Below are positions 54,138 to 63,455 of a stretch of 64,000 nucleotides of DNA, one piece after another. Each line of letters begins with the position of its first letter. The stretch's first letter is position 1. The position numbers and the translations under genes are program-made. The notes under the pieces were generated by a model. That model had not been told where the DNA came from. It saw nothing but the letters and a program-made list of their open reading frames with translations, and did no database searches. Location: positions 9,686 through 73,685 of the forward strand of contig JAFTYM010000025.1 of assembly GCA_017461585.1 (NCBI GenBank), given 5' to 3'. This DNA is from Oscillospiraceae bacterium (GTDB taxonomy: Bacteria; Bacillota; Clostridia; Oscillospirales; Oscillospiraceae).

Positions 54138-55217
54138 ATGTCTATTCCTGCATTTGACGAAAAAGAATTGAAGGTAGTAGGTGAGTCCTTCAGCCTGTAT
54201 GGTTCTATACCTCTTTTTGATACTCCTGTAAGCCTGTGCGATGGCTACCTCTCTGCTGTAAGAGACCGTAAGCCCATTTGGCAGATCACAGGTGTTGAGA
54301 CACAGATGTTTACACCCAGCATGATCCCTGACAACGTGGCACGTGCACTTGTTATTGAAGGCGAACCTTTCGATGCTGTTGCAAATGGCGGCGGTAAAGA
54401 TATGTTCGGTATCGATTGGGAATACGTTCCTCTGGTTGGCGGTTCTATGGTTCGTCCCGGCAACCCCTTCATGGAAGATATGTATGATTGGAAAGAAAAG
54501 GTAGTATGGCCTGATATCGACTCATGGGATTGGGCAGGCTGTGCTGAAAAGAATAAGGAATTCCTGAACACAACAAAGGCTGTACAGGTTTGGTTCCAGA
54601 CAGGTTGGTATGAGCGTCTTATCTCCTTCATGGAGTTTGAGAATGCAATCATGGCTCTGTTTGACGAAGACCAGCAGAATCTTATTCTTGAGTTCTTCGA
54701 TCAGCTTGCTGACCTTTATATCAGAATGATCGACAAGTACGTTGAGTACTTCCCTCAGGTAAAGTCCTTCTTTATGCATGACGACTGGGGAAGCCAGAAG
54801 GAGACATTCTTCTCACCAGCACTTGTTGAGAAGATGATCGTTCCCTCTATGAAGAAGGTAACAGATCACATTCACTCCATCGGTTGTGTTGCTGAGCTCC
54901 ACTCCTGCGGTCAGATCATGAAGCAGGTTCCCAATATGATCAAAGCAGGTTGGGATACATGGAGCGGTCAGGTTATGAATGACACCCATGCACTCTATGA
55001 GCAGTATGGCGATCAGATAATGATCGGTGTTATTCCCGAACAGTTTGACCCTGAAACAACAACAGAGGAAGAGCAGAGAGCTCTTGCCCGTGAGTTTGCA
55101 GCAAAGTTCTGCAACCCCGAGAAGCCCTGTGTTGTTAATCTTTACGGTACAAGCTGCTTCACACCTGCATACAGAGAAGAGCTTTACAAGGAAGCAAGAA
55201 TCCGATACAGCAAATAA
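54138..55217 (+). CDS. URO-D family protein, paralog 3
   Basis: MHDDWGSQKETFFSPALVEKMIVPSMKKVTDHIHSIGCVAELHSCGQ. It is closest to the 34064-35134 paralog. Confidence 0.7.
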   Translation: MSIPAFDEKELKVVGESFSLYGSIPLFDTPVSLCDGYLSAVRDRKPIWQITGVETQMFTPSMIPDNVARALVIEGEPFDAVANGGGKDMFGIDWEYVPLVGGSMVRPGNPFMEDMYDWKEKVVWPDIDSWDWAGCAEKNKEFLNTTKAVQVWFQTGWYERLISFMEFENAIMALFDEDQQNLILEFFDQLADLYIRMIDKYVEYFPQVKSFFMHDDWGSQKETFFSPALVEKMIVPSMKKVTDHIHSIGCVAELHSCGQIMKQVPNMIKAGWDTWSGQVMNDTHALYEQYGDQIMIGVIPEQFDPETTTEEEQRALAREFAAKFCNPEKPCVVNLYGTSCFTPAYREELYKEARIRYSK

Positions 55218-55220
55218 AGC

Positions 55221-55257
55221 AAAAAAGAACGGTATCGACAGATACCGTTCTTTTTTT
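55221..55257. terminator. Bidirectional terminator
   Basis: AAAAAAGAACGGTATC-gaca-GATACCGTTCTTTTTT. Confidence 0.8.
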
Positions 55258-56062
55258 ATTTTGAAATTACAGGGATACAAATCTGAGTAACTTCTCCTTT
55301 GTAGAGCTCAAAGCACATGCCGTTATTATCAAAACTGTAATCGCTGTTATCGAACCATTCCTTGAAAATGTATCTCCAGATGTTCTTGATGTTATCTTTG
55401 AGTCCATCAAAACTGTCGGCAGCGGGAACATCAAATACAGCGTACTCTGCTGCAGGGATCGTCATCGAGGAGAAGCCTGCGGGAACAACATCATCACTTG
55501 TGATGAAACCAAAGAAGTATGTCAAATCACCGCTTATTTCTTCGGGATGATACCAAAGAGCAATTTCACCGATGTTTTCACAGCTTTCTGGGAATTTGGG
55601 AAGATCCTTAAAGTCCACATCGCTCCAATATGCACCTGATTCGAGAACATTTATATCTCCTGTTCCGGGAATGATGCTGTAACCGAATGCTTTGATTTCT
55701 GAAATGGATTTAATGGTAGGGGTCATAGTTTTAGCTCCTTTCATGTTTATACGACGATATTCGGACGGTGTTATACCATAAGCTTTTTTGAATGATTTAG
55801 TAAATCCTGAAGGTGTATCAAAACCACATTCCATCGCCACATAGGTAATGTTGTAACCTTGAAGTATCATTTCCGCACCGCGTGATAGCTTGAACTTTCT
55901 GACATATTCACCTACGGGCATGTCGTGCCAAATTTTAAAAATGTGACAAAAATGATAAAGTGAATAACCGCAAAGCGATGCAAGTTCAACTGCAGTAATA
56001 CTTTTTGATATATTTTTTGAGATGTATTCTTCGCAAAGTGAAATTGCTTCATGATACTTCAT
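55256..56062 (-). CDS. AraC-family regulator with a GyrI-like effector domain
   Basis: AraC HTH segment ITAVELASLCGYSLYHFCHIFK...GFDTPSGFTKSFKKAYGITPSEYRR, plus a GyrI-like C-terminus. ATG at 56062 follows AAGGATGG. Confidence 0.8.
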   Translation of the reverse strand: MKYHEAISLCEEYISKNISKSITAVELASLCGYSLYHFCHIFKIWHDMPVGEYVRKFKLSRGAEMILQGYNITYVAMECGFDTPSGFTKSFKKAYGITPSEYRRINMKGAKTMTPTIKSISEIKAFGYSIIPGTGDINVLESGAYWSDVDFKDLPKFPESCENIGEIALWYHPEEISGDLTYFFGFITSDDVVPAGFSSMTIPAAEYAVFDVPAADSFDGLKDNIKNIWRYIFKEWFDNSDYSFDNNGMCFELYKGEVTQICIPVISK

Positions 56063-56125
56063 TTTTCCACCATCCTTATAAAGTAATTGTACAACATAAA
56101 AATGATAAAACTGTTCCATAGTTGC

Positions 56126-56163
56126 TGAAAATAAAACCGCGGACAAATTAATGTCCGCGGTTT
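56126..56163 (-). terminator. Terminator of the acd-etfBA operon
   Basis: AAACCGCGGACA-aattaa-TGTCCGCGGTTT with a T-run on the minus strand. Confidence 0.7.
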
Positions 56164-56182
56164 ATGTGTGTTTTAAAGCAGA

Positions 56183-57364
56183 TTATTCACCAAGAACCTC
56201 GAGGAGGGTGGGGATAACCTTGTAGAGGTCACCAACGATACCGTAGTCAGCAACTTCAAAGATAGGAGCATTCTCATCTTTGTTGATAGCTACGATGATC
56301 TTAGATGTCTGCATACCAGCAAGGTGCTGGATAGCACCGGAAATACCACAAGCAATGTAGAGCTCGGGCTTTACAGTTGTACCTGTCTGACCAACCTGAT
56401 GGCTGTGGTCGATCCAGCCTGCGTCAACAGCAGCACGGGATGCACCAACAACACCGCCGAGTCTGTCAGCGAGCTTCTTAAGAAGTTCGAAGCCTTCGGG
56501 ATTGCCAAGACCGTTACCACCGGAAACGATAACCTTAGCATCTGTCAAGGATACGAGTTCCTCAAGACCCTTAACGATCTCAAGAACCTTCATACGTACG
56601 TCGCCTTCAGCAAGCTTAACTTCCAGCTCAACGAGCTCGCCCTTCTTGCCGGCTACGCGCTCAGGTTTAGCCATAACGCCGGGACGAACTGTGGACATCT
56701 GGGGACGGTGCTTGGGGCAGAGGATAGTAGCCATGAGGTTACCACCGAATGCAGGACGTGTCTGCATGAGCTTCTTGTCTTCGGGATCGATGTCAAGCTT
56801 TGTGCAGTCAGCAGTCAGACCTGTGTTGCAGTGAACAGCAAGGCAGGGACCGAGGTCACGACCGATGTGTGTAGCACCAAGGAGAACGATCTCGGGCTTA
56901 TACTTTACGATTGCTTCGTAAATAACCTTTGTGTAAGCGTCTGTGTTGTATGTTACGAGAGCGGGATCGTTTGCGTAGTAAACTACGTCAGCGCCGTACT
57001 CGTACAGTTCGTCAACAAGACCGTTTACGTTGTCGCCGCAGAGAACTGCGCAGAGCTTGCAGCCGATTTCATCAGCAAGCTTACGACCTTCGCCGAGAAG
57101 CTCGATAGCAACGCCCATAAGAGCGCCTTCGCGCTGCTCTGCGAATACCCATACGTCATGGTAGAGTGTAATATCTACACCCTTGTTGCCATCGTCAACC
57201 TTCTCGATAGCATCGAAGGGGCAGTTTTCAAGACAATTGCCGCAGTTTGTACATGCAGGACCGATATCAGCGATCTTACCCTGCATTGTAATAGCTTCAA
57301 AGGGGCAATTCTTAAGGCACTTCTGACAGCCTTTACATTTATCAGCAATAATTCTTACAGCCAT
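56183..57364 (-). CDS. etfA: Electron transfer flavoprotein alpha subunit with an N-terminal 2x[4Fe-4S] ferredoxin domain
   Basis: [12 protein letters not shown] and [12 protein letters not shown], followed by the canonical EtfA ([14 protein letters not shown]). Confidence 0.9.
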   Translation of the reverse strand: MAVRIIADKCKGCQKCLKNCPFEAITMQGKIADIGPACTNCGNCLENCPFDAIEKVDDGNKGVDITLYHDVWVFAEQREGALMGVAIELLGEGRKLADEIGCKLCAVLCGDNVNGLVDELYEYGADVVYYANDPALVTYNTDAYTKVIYEAIVKYKPEIVLLGATHIGRDLGPCLAVHCNTGLTADCTKLDIDPEDKKLMQTRPAFGGNLMATILCPKHRPQMSTVRPGVMAKPERVAGKKGELVELEVKLAEGDVRMKVLEIVKGLEELVSLTDAKVIVSGGNGLGNPEGFELLKKLADRLGGVVGASRAAVDAGWIDHSHQVGQTGTTVKPELYIACGISGAIQHLAGMQTSKIIVAINKDENAPIFEVADYGIVGDLYKVIPTLLEVLGE

Positions 57365-57385
57365 TTAAGTATTCTCCCTTCCTAA

Positions 57386-58174
57386 TTACAGAATGTGCTT
57401 CTCAGTCAGCTTAGCAACGAGAGTGTTTACCATCTCGGGTACAGTACCCTCGAGCATCTCGCCCTTGCCCTTCGGGGGAGGTGTGAAGCTTCTGAATACC
57501 TGTGTGGGGCTGGCTTTAAGACCGCAATCGCTGGGATCGAGCTTAACATCGTTCTCGTTCCAGATTGTGATTTCCTTGTTGTATGCATCAACGATACCGT
57601 CGATTGTCATGTAACGGGGATCGTTCAGCTCCTTAACAGCTGTAAGGACACAAGGTGTTTTGCACTCGATTACTTCGTAACCGTCTTCGAGCTGGCGCTC
57701 TACGATAACGGAGCCTTCCTTCAACTCGCGAACCTTCTGAACGTATGTAACAACGGGAAGACCAAGACGACGAGCTGTCTGAGGACCAACCTGAGCTGTG
57801 TCACCGTCGATAGCCTGACGACCTGCGAAGATGATGTCATAGTCACCGATCTTGCGGATACCGGCTGCGATTGTTGTAGATGTTGCACATGTGTCAGCAC
57901 CACCGAATGCACGGCTGGAGAGGAGGTATGCATCGTCAGCACCCATAGCAAGGCACTCTCTCAACATGTAGCAAGCCTGGGGGGGACCCATGGAAACAAC
58001 GGAAATTGTAACATCGGGGTTAGCGTCCTTAACCTGAAGAGCAGCCTCCAGTGCGTTAGCATCGTCGGGGTTGAGGATGGAAGGAACGCCATCACGAATC
58101 AGAGTACCCTTAACGGGGTCGATCTTAACTTCGTTTGTATCGGGTACCTGTTTTGCACAGACAATAATTTTCAT
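57386..58174 (-). CDS. etfB: Electron transfer flavoprotein beta subunit
   Basis: MKIIVCAKQVPDT...NPDDANALEAAL is an EtfB N-terminus. Confidence 0.9.
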   Translation of the reverse strand: MKIIVCAKQVPDTNEVKIDPVKGTLIRDGVPSILNPDDANALEAALQVKDANPDVTISVVSMGPPQACYMLRECLAMGADDAYLLSSRAFGGADTCATSTTIAAGIRKIGDYDIIFAGRQAIDGDTAQVGPQTARRLGLPVVTYVQKVRELKEGSVIVERQLEDGYEVIECKTPCVLTAVKELNDPRYMTIDGIVDAYNKEITIWNENDVKLDPSDCGLKASPTQVFRSFTPPPKGKGEMLEGTVPEMVNTLVAKLTEKHIL

Positions 58175-58195
58175 TATACTAGTCGCTCCTTTCTC

Positions 58196-59338
58196 TTACT
58201 TCAGCAGGTTACCAGCGATAACCATCTGCTGTACCTGAGATGTGCCTTCGAAGATTGTGAAGACGCGGCAGTCACGGTACAGGCGTTCAACTTTGTACTC
58301 CTTGATGTAGCCGTAGCCACCGTGGATCTGAACAGCCTTAGCAGCGATCTCGTTGCAAACTTCAGAAGCAAAGTACTTAGCCATGGAGCAGTACATGGAA
58401 GCATCCTTGTCACCTGCATCCTTAAGAACAGCAGCGTTGTAAACGAGCTCTCTTGCAGCAGCAAGCTTTGCAGCCATGTCAGCGATCATGAAGCTGATGC
58501 CCTGGAACTTAGCAATGGGCTTACCAAACTGCTTTCTTTCCTTAGCATACTTGATTGATTCTTCAAGACATGCAGTAGCAACACCTATAGACTGTGCGGA
58601 AACGCCAAGGCGGCCACCGTCGAGAGTCTTCATAGCGTTGATAAAGCCGCGATCCTTCTCGCCGAGCATATCAGATTTATGTACACGAACATCCTCAAGT
58701 ACGATATCACTTGTAGCACAACCGATAAGACCCATTTTGTGCTCGGGCTTACCGCAGGAAACACCGGGAGCCTTCATATCAACCAGGAAAGCAGAGATTC
58801 CCTTGGAGCCCTTTGCCTTAAGGTCTGTCTTTGCATATATTACTGCATAGTCAGAAAGGGGAGCAAGAGTGATGAAAGTCTTACGACCATTGATGATATA
58901 GTAGTCACCATCTTCAACAGCTGTTGTTGTTGTGCCGCCTGCATCGGAACCTGCGCCGGGCTCTGTCAGACCGAAAGCAAGAACCTTCTCACCTGTGATG
59001 CTGGGCTTCAGGTACTTCTCAACCTGCTCAGGTGTTGCGGACATAACAAGAGGACCGCCGCCGAGAGAGTTGGGGGAGTTAACGTAAAGGCTGGCAACGG
59101 GGCTGACTCTTGCAAACTCTTCAACCATCAGAATGTAAGAGAGTGTGTCGCAGCCGGAGCCACCGTATTCCTTGGGAATTTTAATTCCGTAGAAACCGGC
59201 CTTAGCCATCTTGTCCAGAATTTCCTGGGGGAATACACCGGACTCTTCGACTTCGTCAAGAATGTCGTTTGTCAGTTCTTTCTCTGCGAAATCACGGCAG
59301 AGTTTCCGAATAAGCTGATGCTTTTCAGATAAAATCAT
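58196..59338 (-). CDS. Acyl-CoA dehydrogenase (butyryl-CoA dehydrogenase / enoyl-CoA reductase-like)
   Basis: GLTEPGAGSD, and the catalytic region IFEGTSQVQ. Confidence 0.9.
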   Translation of the reverse strand: MILSEKHQLIRKLCRDFAEKELTNDILDEVEESGVFPQEILDKMAKAGFYGIKIPKEYGGSGCDTLSYILMVEEFARVSPVASLYVNSPNSLGGGPLVMSATPEQVEKYLKPSITGEKVLAFGLTEPGAGSDAGGTTTTAVEDGDYYIINGRKTFITLAPLSDYAVIYAKTDLKAKGSKGISAFLVDMKAPGVSCGKPEHKMGLIGCATSDIVLEDVRVHKSDMLGEKDRGFINAMKTLDGGRLGVSAQSIGVATACLEESIKYAKERKQFGKPIAKFQGISFMIADMAAKLAAARELVYNAAVLKDAGDKDASMYCSMAKYFASEVCNEIAAKAVQIHGGYGYIKEYKVERLYRDCRVFTIFEGTSQVQQMVIAGNLLK

Positions 59339-59580
59339 TTATCCTTCCTCCTATAATTTAAAGTTTGCCTATCGCTTTAAAACACAATATAACAAATATA
59401 TTATAATCCTTTTCTAAAATTATTGTATTATGTGGTTTGATACTCTTTTTTGCAAAAATTCATGTTTTGTGCTAATTTAGTGTTGCAAAAGTACAAGTTT
59501 ATGTGTATATTATTATCCGTAGAACAAAATTTTTCTTAATTCGCTAAATAATTTTTACATCTTTTGAAAGGGAGATTCTG

Positions 59581-60354
59581 ATGAGCTCGGCACTTTTTGA
59601 TTATGAATGGCAGTTTTTGGTGCAGATGATCATGCGTATTACATACTGCGACAACTATACTGAGGCCTGCGAAACGCTGCTCCGACAGCTTAGAACACTC
59701 ATTCCTTACAACTCTGCTACTATATTCAGAACCGGAAGAAAAGACGGACAGGCAACTGTTAGCAACCCTATTTCTCTTGATACTCCTAATGCAAAGGCTG
59801 ATAATATTACATTTATGAACGGTGAATATCCTCGTTGGTCGGAGTTTATTATGTCTCCTTACAGCATGGTTTTCAGACAGTCTGATATTATTGCACCTAC
59901 AAAATGGGAGAATACACGTGTATATCAGGATATATGGCGTCCCCGCGGAATATTCTGGGGATTGTTTTTGTCTGTTGTAACTAATGACCATCCTTTAATA
60001 ATGTTGTGTATCCATAGAGAGAAGAAGGATGAGGATTTTTCTGCACGTGACATCTACCTGATGAATACTCTTAAAGATCCGCTTGAACGTAAATTCTACA
60101 GACTTCTTGAAGAAGAGCAGAAAATAGGTCCCAATTCACCTCCGGGCAAGCTCAGCAGAACTGCTGCTTCATTTGGTCTTACAAAGCGTGAAACTGAGAT
60201 CGTTTATCTTGTGTGTGCAGGCAAGAGCAGTGAAGACATCTGCAGTCAGCTGTTTATTACTCCTGCTACACTCAGTAAGCATCTTTCTAATATTTATTCC
60301 AAGACTAAAGTTCGTAACAGAACCCAGCTGTTTGGCTTGTTCCATGAAGTGTAA
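59581..60354 (+). CDS. LuxR-family transcriptional regulator
   Basis: C-terminal HTH LTKRETEIVYLVCAGKSSEDICSQLFITPATLSKHLSNIYSKTKVRNRTQL. Confidence 0.85.
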   Translation: MSSALFDYEWQFLVQMIMRITYCDNYTEACETLLRQLRTLIPYNSATIFRTGRKDGQATVSNPISLDTPNAKADNITFMNGEYPRWSEFIMSPYSMVFRQSDIIAPTKWENTRVYQDIWRPRGIFWGLFLSVVTNDHPLIMLCIHREKKDEDFSARDIYLMNTLKDPLERKFYRLLEEEQKIGPNSPPGKLSRTAASFGLTKRETEIVYLVCAGKSSEDICSQLFITPATLSKHLSNIYSKTKVRNRTQLFGLFHEV

Positions 60355-60366
60355 GAGGTGATAGCT

Positions 60367-61170
60367 ATGAATTCTCCTAAGGAAATAGCTGTTGCATATT
60401 GTGCCGCCGGTGAGGCCAAAGCTGCACTGTCAATAACAAAAACATTCGTTCTTGCGATTTTTGCCGGAATTTTTATTGCGCTTGCAGGTGTTGGTGCTAC
60501 TGTAGCTGCTGCAACGGTTGAGAATGCATCTCTTGCAAAGTTTTTAAGTGCCTGTATTTTTCCTGCCGGTTTACTTATGGTTCTTATCGCAGGCAGCGAG
60601 TTGTTCACAGGAAACTGTCTGTTGATTATCCCTGTACTGAATAAGAGAATAAAGTTAAGAGCGATGATTCGTAACCTTATGACGGTAATACTCGGTAACT
60701 TTGTCGGTGCTGTGCTGATTGCGTTTTTGTGTTCTTACGGCGGAGTATTTGCTCTTTTTGGTGAAGCGGTTGCAAGATCTGTTGTCAGTACTGCAGCTGC
60801 AAAATGTAATATTCCGTTTGTTCAGGCTGTGATCAAAGGTGTTCTTTGCAACTTCCTTGTTTGTCTTGCTGTTTGGATGGCATTTGCTGCAAAAACCGTT
60901 GGAGGCAAGCTTGCGGCAATATATCTTCCAATACTCATATTTGTAGTCTGCGGTTTTGAACACAATGTTGCAAACATGTACTATATACCTGCAGGCCTGT
61001 TTACTGTTTCTAATAGTGCATATTCTTCTGTTAGCCCTGCTGAAGGATTAACATGGGGCGGTTTTGTTGTGCGTAATTTGATTCCTGTGACAATTGGTAA
61101 TATAATAGGCGGTGCGGGTATGGTCGGCGCAGGTTACTGGGCGGTATACTTGAACAATAAAGAAAAATAA
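60367..61170 (+). CDS. Formate/nitrite transporter (FNT) family channel
   Basis: GSELFTGN and CGFEHNVANMYY signatures. ATG at 60367 follows GAGGTG. Confidence 0.85.
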   Translation: MNSPKEIAVAYCAAGEAKAALSITKTFVLAIFAGIFIALAGVGATVAAATVENASLAKFLSACIFPAGLLMVLIAGSELFTGNCLLIIPVLNKRIKLRAMIRNLMTVILGNFVGAVLIAFLCSYGGVFALFGEAVARSVVSTAAAKCNIPFVQAVIKGVLCNFLVCLAVWMAFAAKTVGGKLAAIYLPILIFVVCGFEHNVANMYYIPAGLFTVSNSAYSSVSPAEGLTWGGFVVRNLIPVTIGNIIGGAGMVGAGYWAVYLNNKEK

Positions 61171-61190
61171 TTTAACTGGAGGAAGTTAAA

Positions 61191-62000
61191 ATGGATATTA
61201 AAACAATTCAGGAATATGGCGTTGAGCTGCGCTCTCTGTATGATCTGCGTACTCGTCCTATCGGCATTAAGTTTTTAAGGCCCGACGAAGAAACACCTTC
61301 CAATGCTGTTTCTCCTACAAAGGATCTTAAATGTCACATGGCAATGTGCCAGGCAAAGGCTGCTGCCAGAAGAGATGGCAAGACTATTGTTATGAGCAAG
61401 GAAGACCACTGGTGCTGGAATCCCCTCATCGTATACGGTCTTGTACCTTGCGAGGAAGGCACAAAGGAATTTGACCTTGTATGTAAGTACATAGGTGTTC
61501 AGGATCCCGATGATGCAAAGAAGGTTCTTGCAGGTTTCCCCAAGCTTAAGTACGGTGAGTTTGACAGACTTGTAGTAGGCCCTATGGAAAATGCAGAATT
61601 TATTCCTGACGTTGTTCTGCTTTACTGCACTCCTGCACAGCTTCGCAGCATGCTGTTCCCCGCAAAGCTTGAAAACGGCGGCATTATCCCCAGCAGCTTT
61701 GATGCTGTTGACTCTTGTGCTTATGCTGTAACAAACCCCATCCTTGACGGCAACTACAGAGTAACTGTTCCCGATCCCGGTGATTATGAGCGCGCACTAG
61801 CTGCTGAAGATGAAATGATCTTCTCCATTCCTCTCAACCGTCTTGAGGCATTTGTAGAGTGCTCCAAGGGTGCACGTACACACAACATGGGTTACGGTCA
61901 GCTCCGTATGAACATGGAATACGATTTTGCACGTCCTCCGTTCTACAACGAACTGTTTGATATTTGGAACCTCCCCCAGGGTAAAGATTGGGATAGATAA
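61191..62000 (+). CDS. DUF169 (COG2043) family protein, paralog B
   Basis: Contains HMAMCQA, KEDHWC, YCTPAQLRS, DSC and PDPGDYER, shared with the ORF at 49810-50649. Confidence 0.6.
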   Translation: MDIKTIQEYGVELRSLYDLRTRPIGIKFLRPDEETPSNAVSPTKDLKCHMAMCQAKAAARRDGKTIVMSKEDHWCWNPLIVYGLVPCEEGTKEFDLVCKYIGVQDPDDAKKVLAGFPKLKYGEFDRLVVGPMENAEFIPDVVLLYCTPAQLRSMLFPAKLENGGIIPSSFDAVDSCAYAVTNPILDGNYRVTVPDPGDYERALAAEDEMIFSIPLNRLEAFVECSKGARTHNMGYGQLRMNMEYDFARPPFYNELFDIWNLPQGKDWDR

Positions 62001-62014
62001 ATGGTGATAATAAT

Positions 62015-62043
62015 AACTGCCCCGATTCTATATCGGGGCAGTT
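62015..62043. terminator. Bidirectional terminator
   Basis: AACTGCCCCGAT-tctat-ATCGGGGCAGTT. Confidence 0.75.
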
Positions 62044-62046
62044 AAT

Positions 62047-63291
62047 TTATTTATGAACTAGTTTTTTTCTTTTAACAACTTTTCGTATGCATAGTGTTGC
62101 TGTGAGAATGAGGATAAGCAAGATACAGACAAGTGAAGCGATAGATATGATTTGCAGACGATTGTTAAGTTCTGCTTGACGTTTTTCTTCAAATGCCAAT
62201 CGTACTGCTTCATCTTCTTCCATAACTTTGCCTCGGATGATTTCAGCACTGTCGGAGTTTTCCAATACTATAGATTTTCTTGCGTCGAATTTTGACTTAC
62301 AAAGCTGCAGCCGTTCCTGACGCTCTCTTTCTTCACGTTCGATGCGCTCTTTTTCTGTGCGCTCTGCAATGAAGTTGAAGTAATGATCAAAAATACGGAT
62401 GGTTTCAGAAAACTGATAATGTATTGACTTGCATCCTAAAACTACAGCAACGATTTCATGACCGTCTTTTTCTGCAGAGGAGACCAGGCAATAACCTGCT
62501 TCGCTTGTGTGACCGGTTTTAATACCTGTAGCGTATTCGTAATAATACTCATTTGGTTCAGGTTCGTCTTCAGTAACTTCAAGATACATGCTGAGAAGCA
62601 TATTTGTGTTAATAAGTGTACGTTCTTTCTTCAGATTTGTTGCTGGTATTACGTATTCTGATGCGGAGACTATTTCTCTGAAAGTGTCGTACTTAAGACA
62701 TTCCGCAGTGATTATGTATAATGATCTCGCAGTAGCGTACATTGGAGAACTGGGATAACCTGAAGGATTGGCAAAGTGAGTATCTTCGCAGCCGAGCTCT
62801 TCTGCGCGGGAATTCATAAGATCTACAAAGTCGGAAAGATTGCCGCATAAATACTCACCTAAAACGTTACTTGCAAAGCAATCTGAAGATACCATGTTAG
62901 CGTACAGGAGATCTAACAGAGATAAATATTCACCTGCAACAAGTGGAATCTGCATACGGCTTGCGTTTGGATATAAAGCTGATACAGCATAGTTTGTCAC
63001 TAAAACCTTGTCATCCAATGATATCTCGCCGCGTTCAACAGCTTCCAAAACAAGAAGGGTAGTAATAATCTTCGTTGTGCTTGCAGGCGGAAGCGGTTTG
63101 TCAGCGTTGTATGAGTATAGAATTTCGCCTGTTGTATGATCAACAACGAATGCGGCTTTTGCTTCAACATCATCAAAAGTTGAGGAGATGTCGACATCAC
63201 CTGCGGCGGATGCAGGGAAGATACATAATATTGTAAAGAGCAGTATTAAAACAAAGCTAATTGATTTTTTAAATACTTTACCTGAAAACAC
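62047..63291 (-). CDS. Serine-type D-Ala-D-Ala carboxypeptidase (S11/PBP5-like) with a charged helical linker and a C-terminal TM anchor
   Basis: Signal-like N-terminus, SxxK (ASTTKIIT) and KTG (IKTGHT). The tail is E/R-rich and ends in a hydrophobic segment. GTG start. Confidence 0.8.
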   Translation of the reverse strand: MFSGKVFKKSISFVLILLFTILCIFPASAAGDVDISSTFDDVEAKAAFVVDHTTGEILYSYNADKPLPPASTTKIITTLLVLEAVERGEISLDDKVLVTNYAVSALYPNASRMQIPLVAGEYLSLLDLLYANMVSSDCFASNVLGEYLCGNLSDFVDLMNSRAEELGCEDTHFANPSGYPSSPMYATARSLYIITAECLKYDTFREIVSASEYVIPATNLKKERTLINTNMLLSMYLEVTEDEPEPNEYYYEYATGIKTGHTSEAGYCLVSSAEKDGHEIVAVVLGCKSIHYQFSETIRIFDHYFNFIAERTEKERIEREERERQERLQLCKSKFDARKSIVLENSDSAEIIRGKVMEEDEAVRLAFEEKRQAELNNRLQIISIASLVCILLILILTATLCIRKVVKRKKLVHK

Positions 63292-63455
63292 GATGAAAAT
63301 AACACCTCGGGAGTTTTTTTACAGATTATCACAGTTTTCGACAACGATAAAGAGTCTTTTAGTTACAAAATATGTTTTTTGATTATTTGCTTGCGAATAC
63401 ACACCTTGAAGGGTATACTGATTAAAATTTAATGTTTTAAATGTGAGGAATGTAT

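Noticed and set aside
56324-58558. Long plus-strand ORFs of 353 aa and 387 aa
   Set aside because: They are antisense to the etfA, etfB and acd genes, whose products match their families end to end. They are shadow ORFs.
52495-59338. A complete acrylate pathway (lactate to propionate)
   Set aside because: No lactoyl-CoA dehydratase (2-hydroxyacyl-CoA dehydratase plus activator) genes are present in the window. Only the transferase and reductase-like parts are there, so the pathway assignment is left open.
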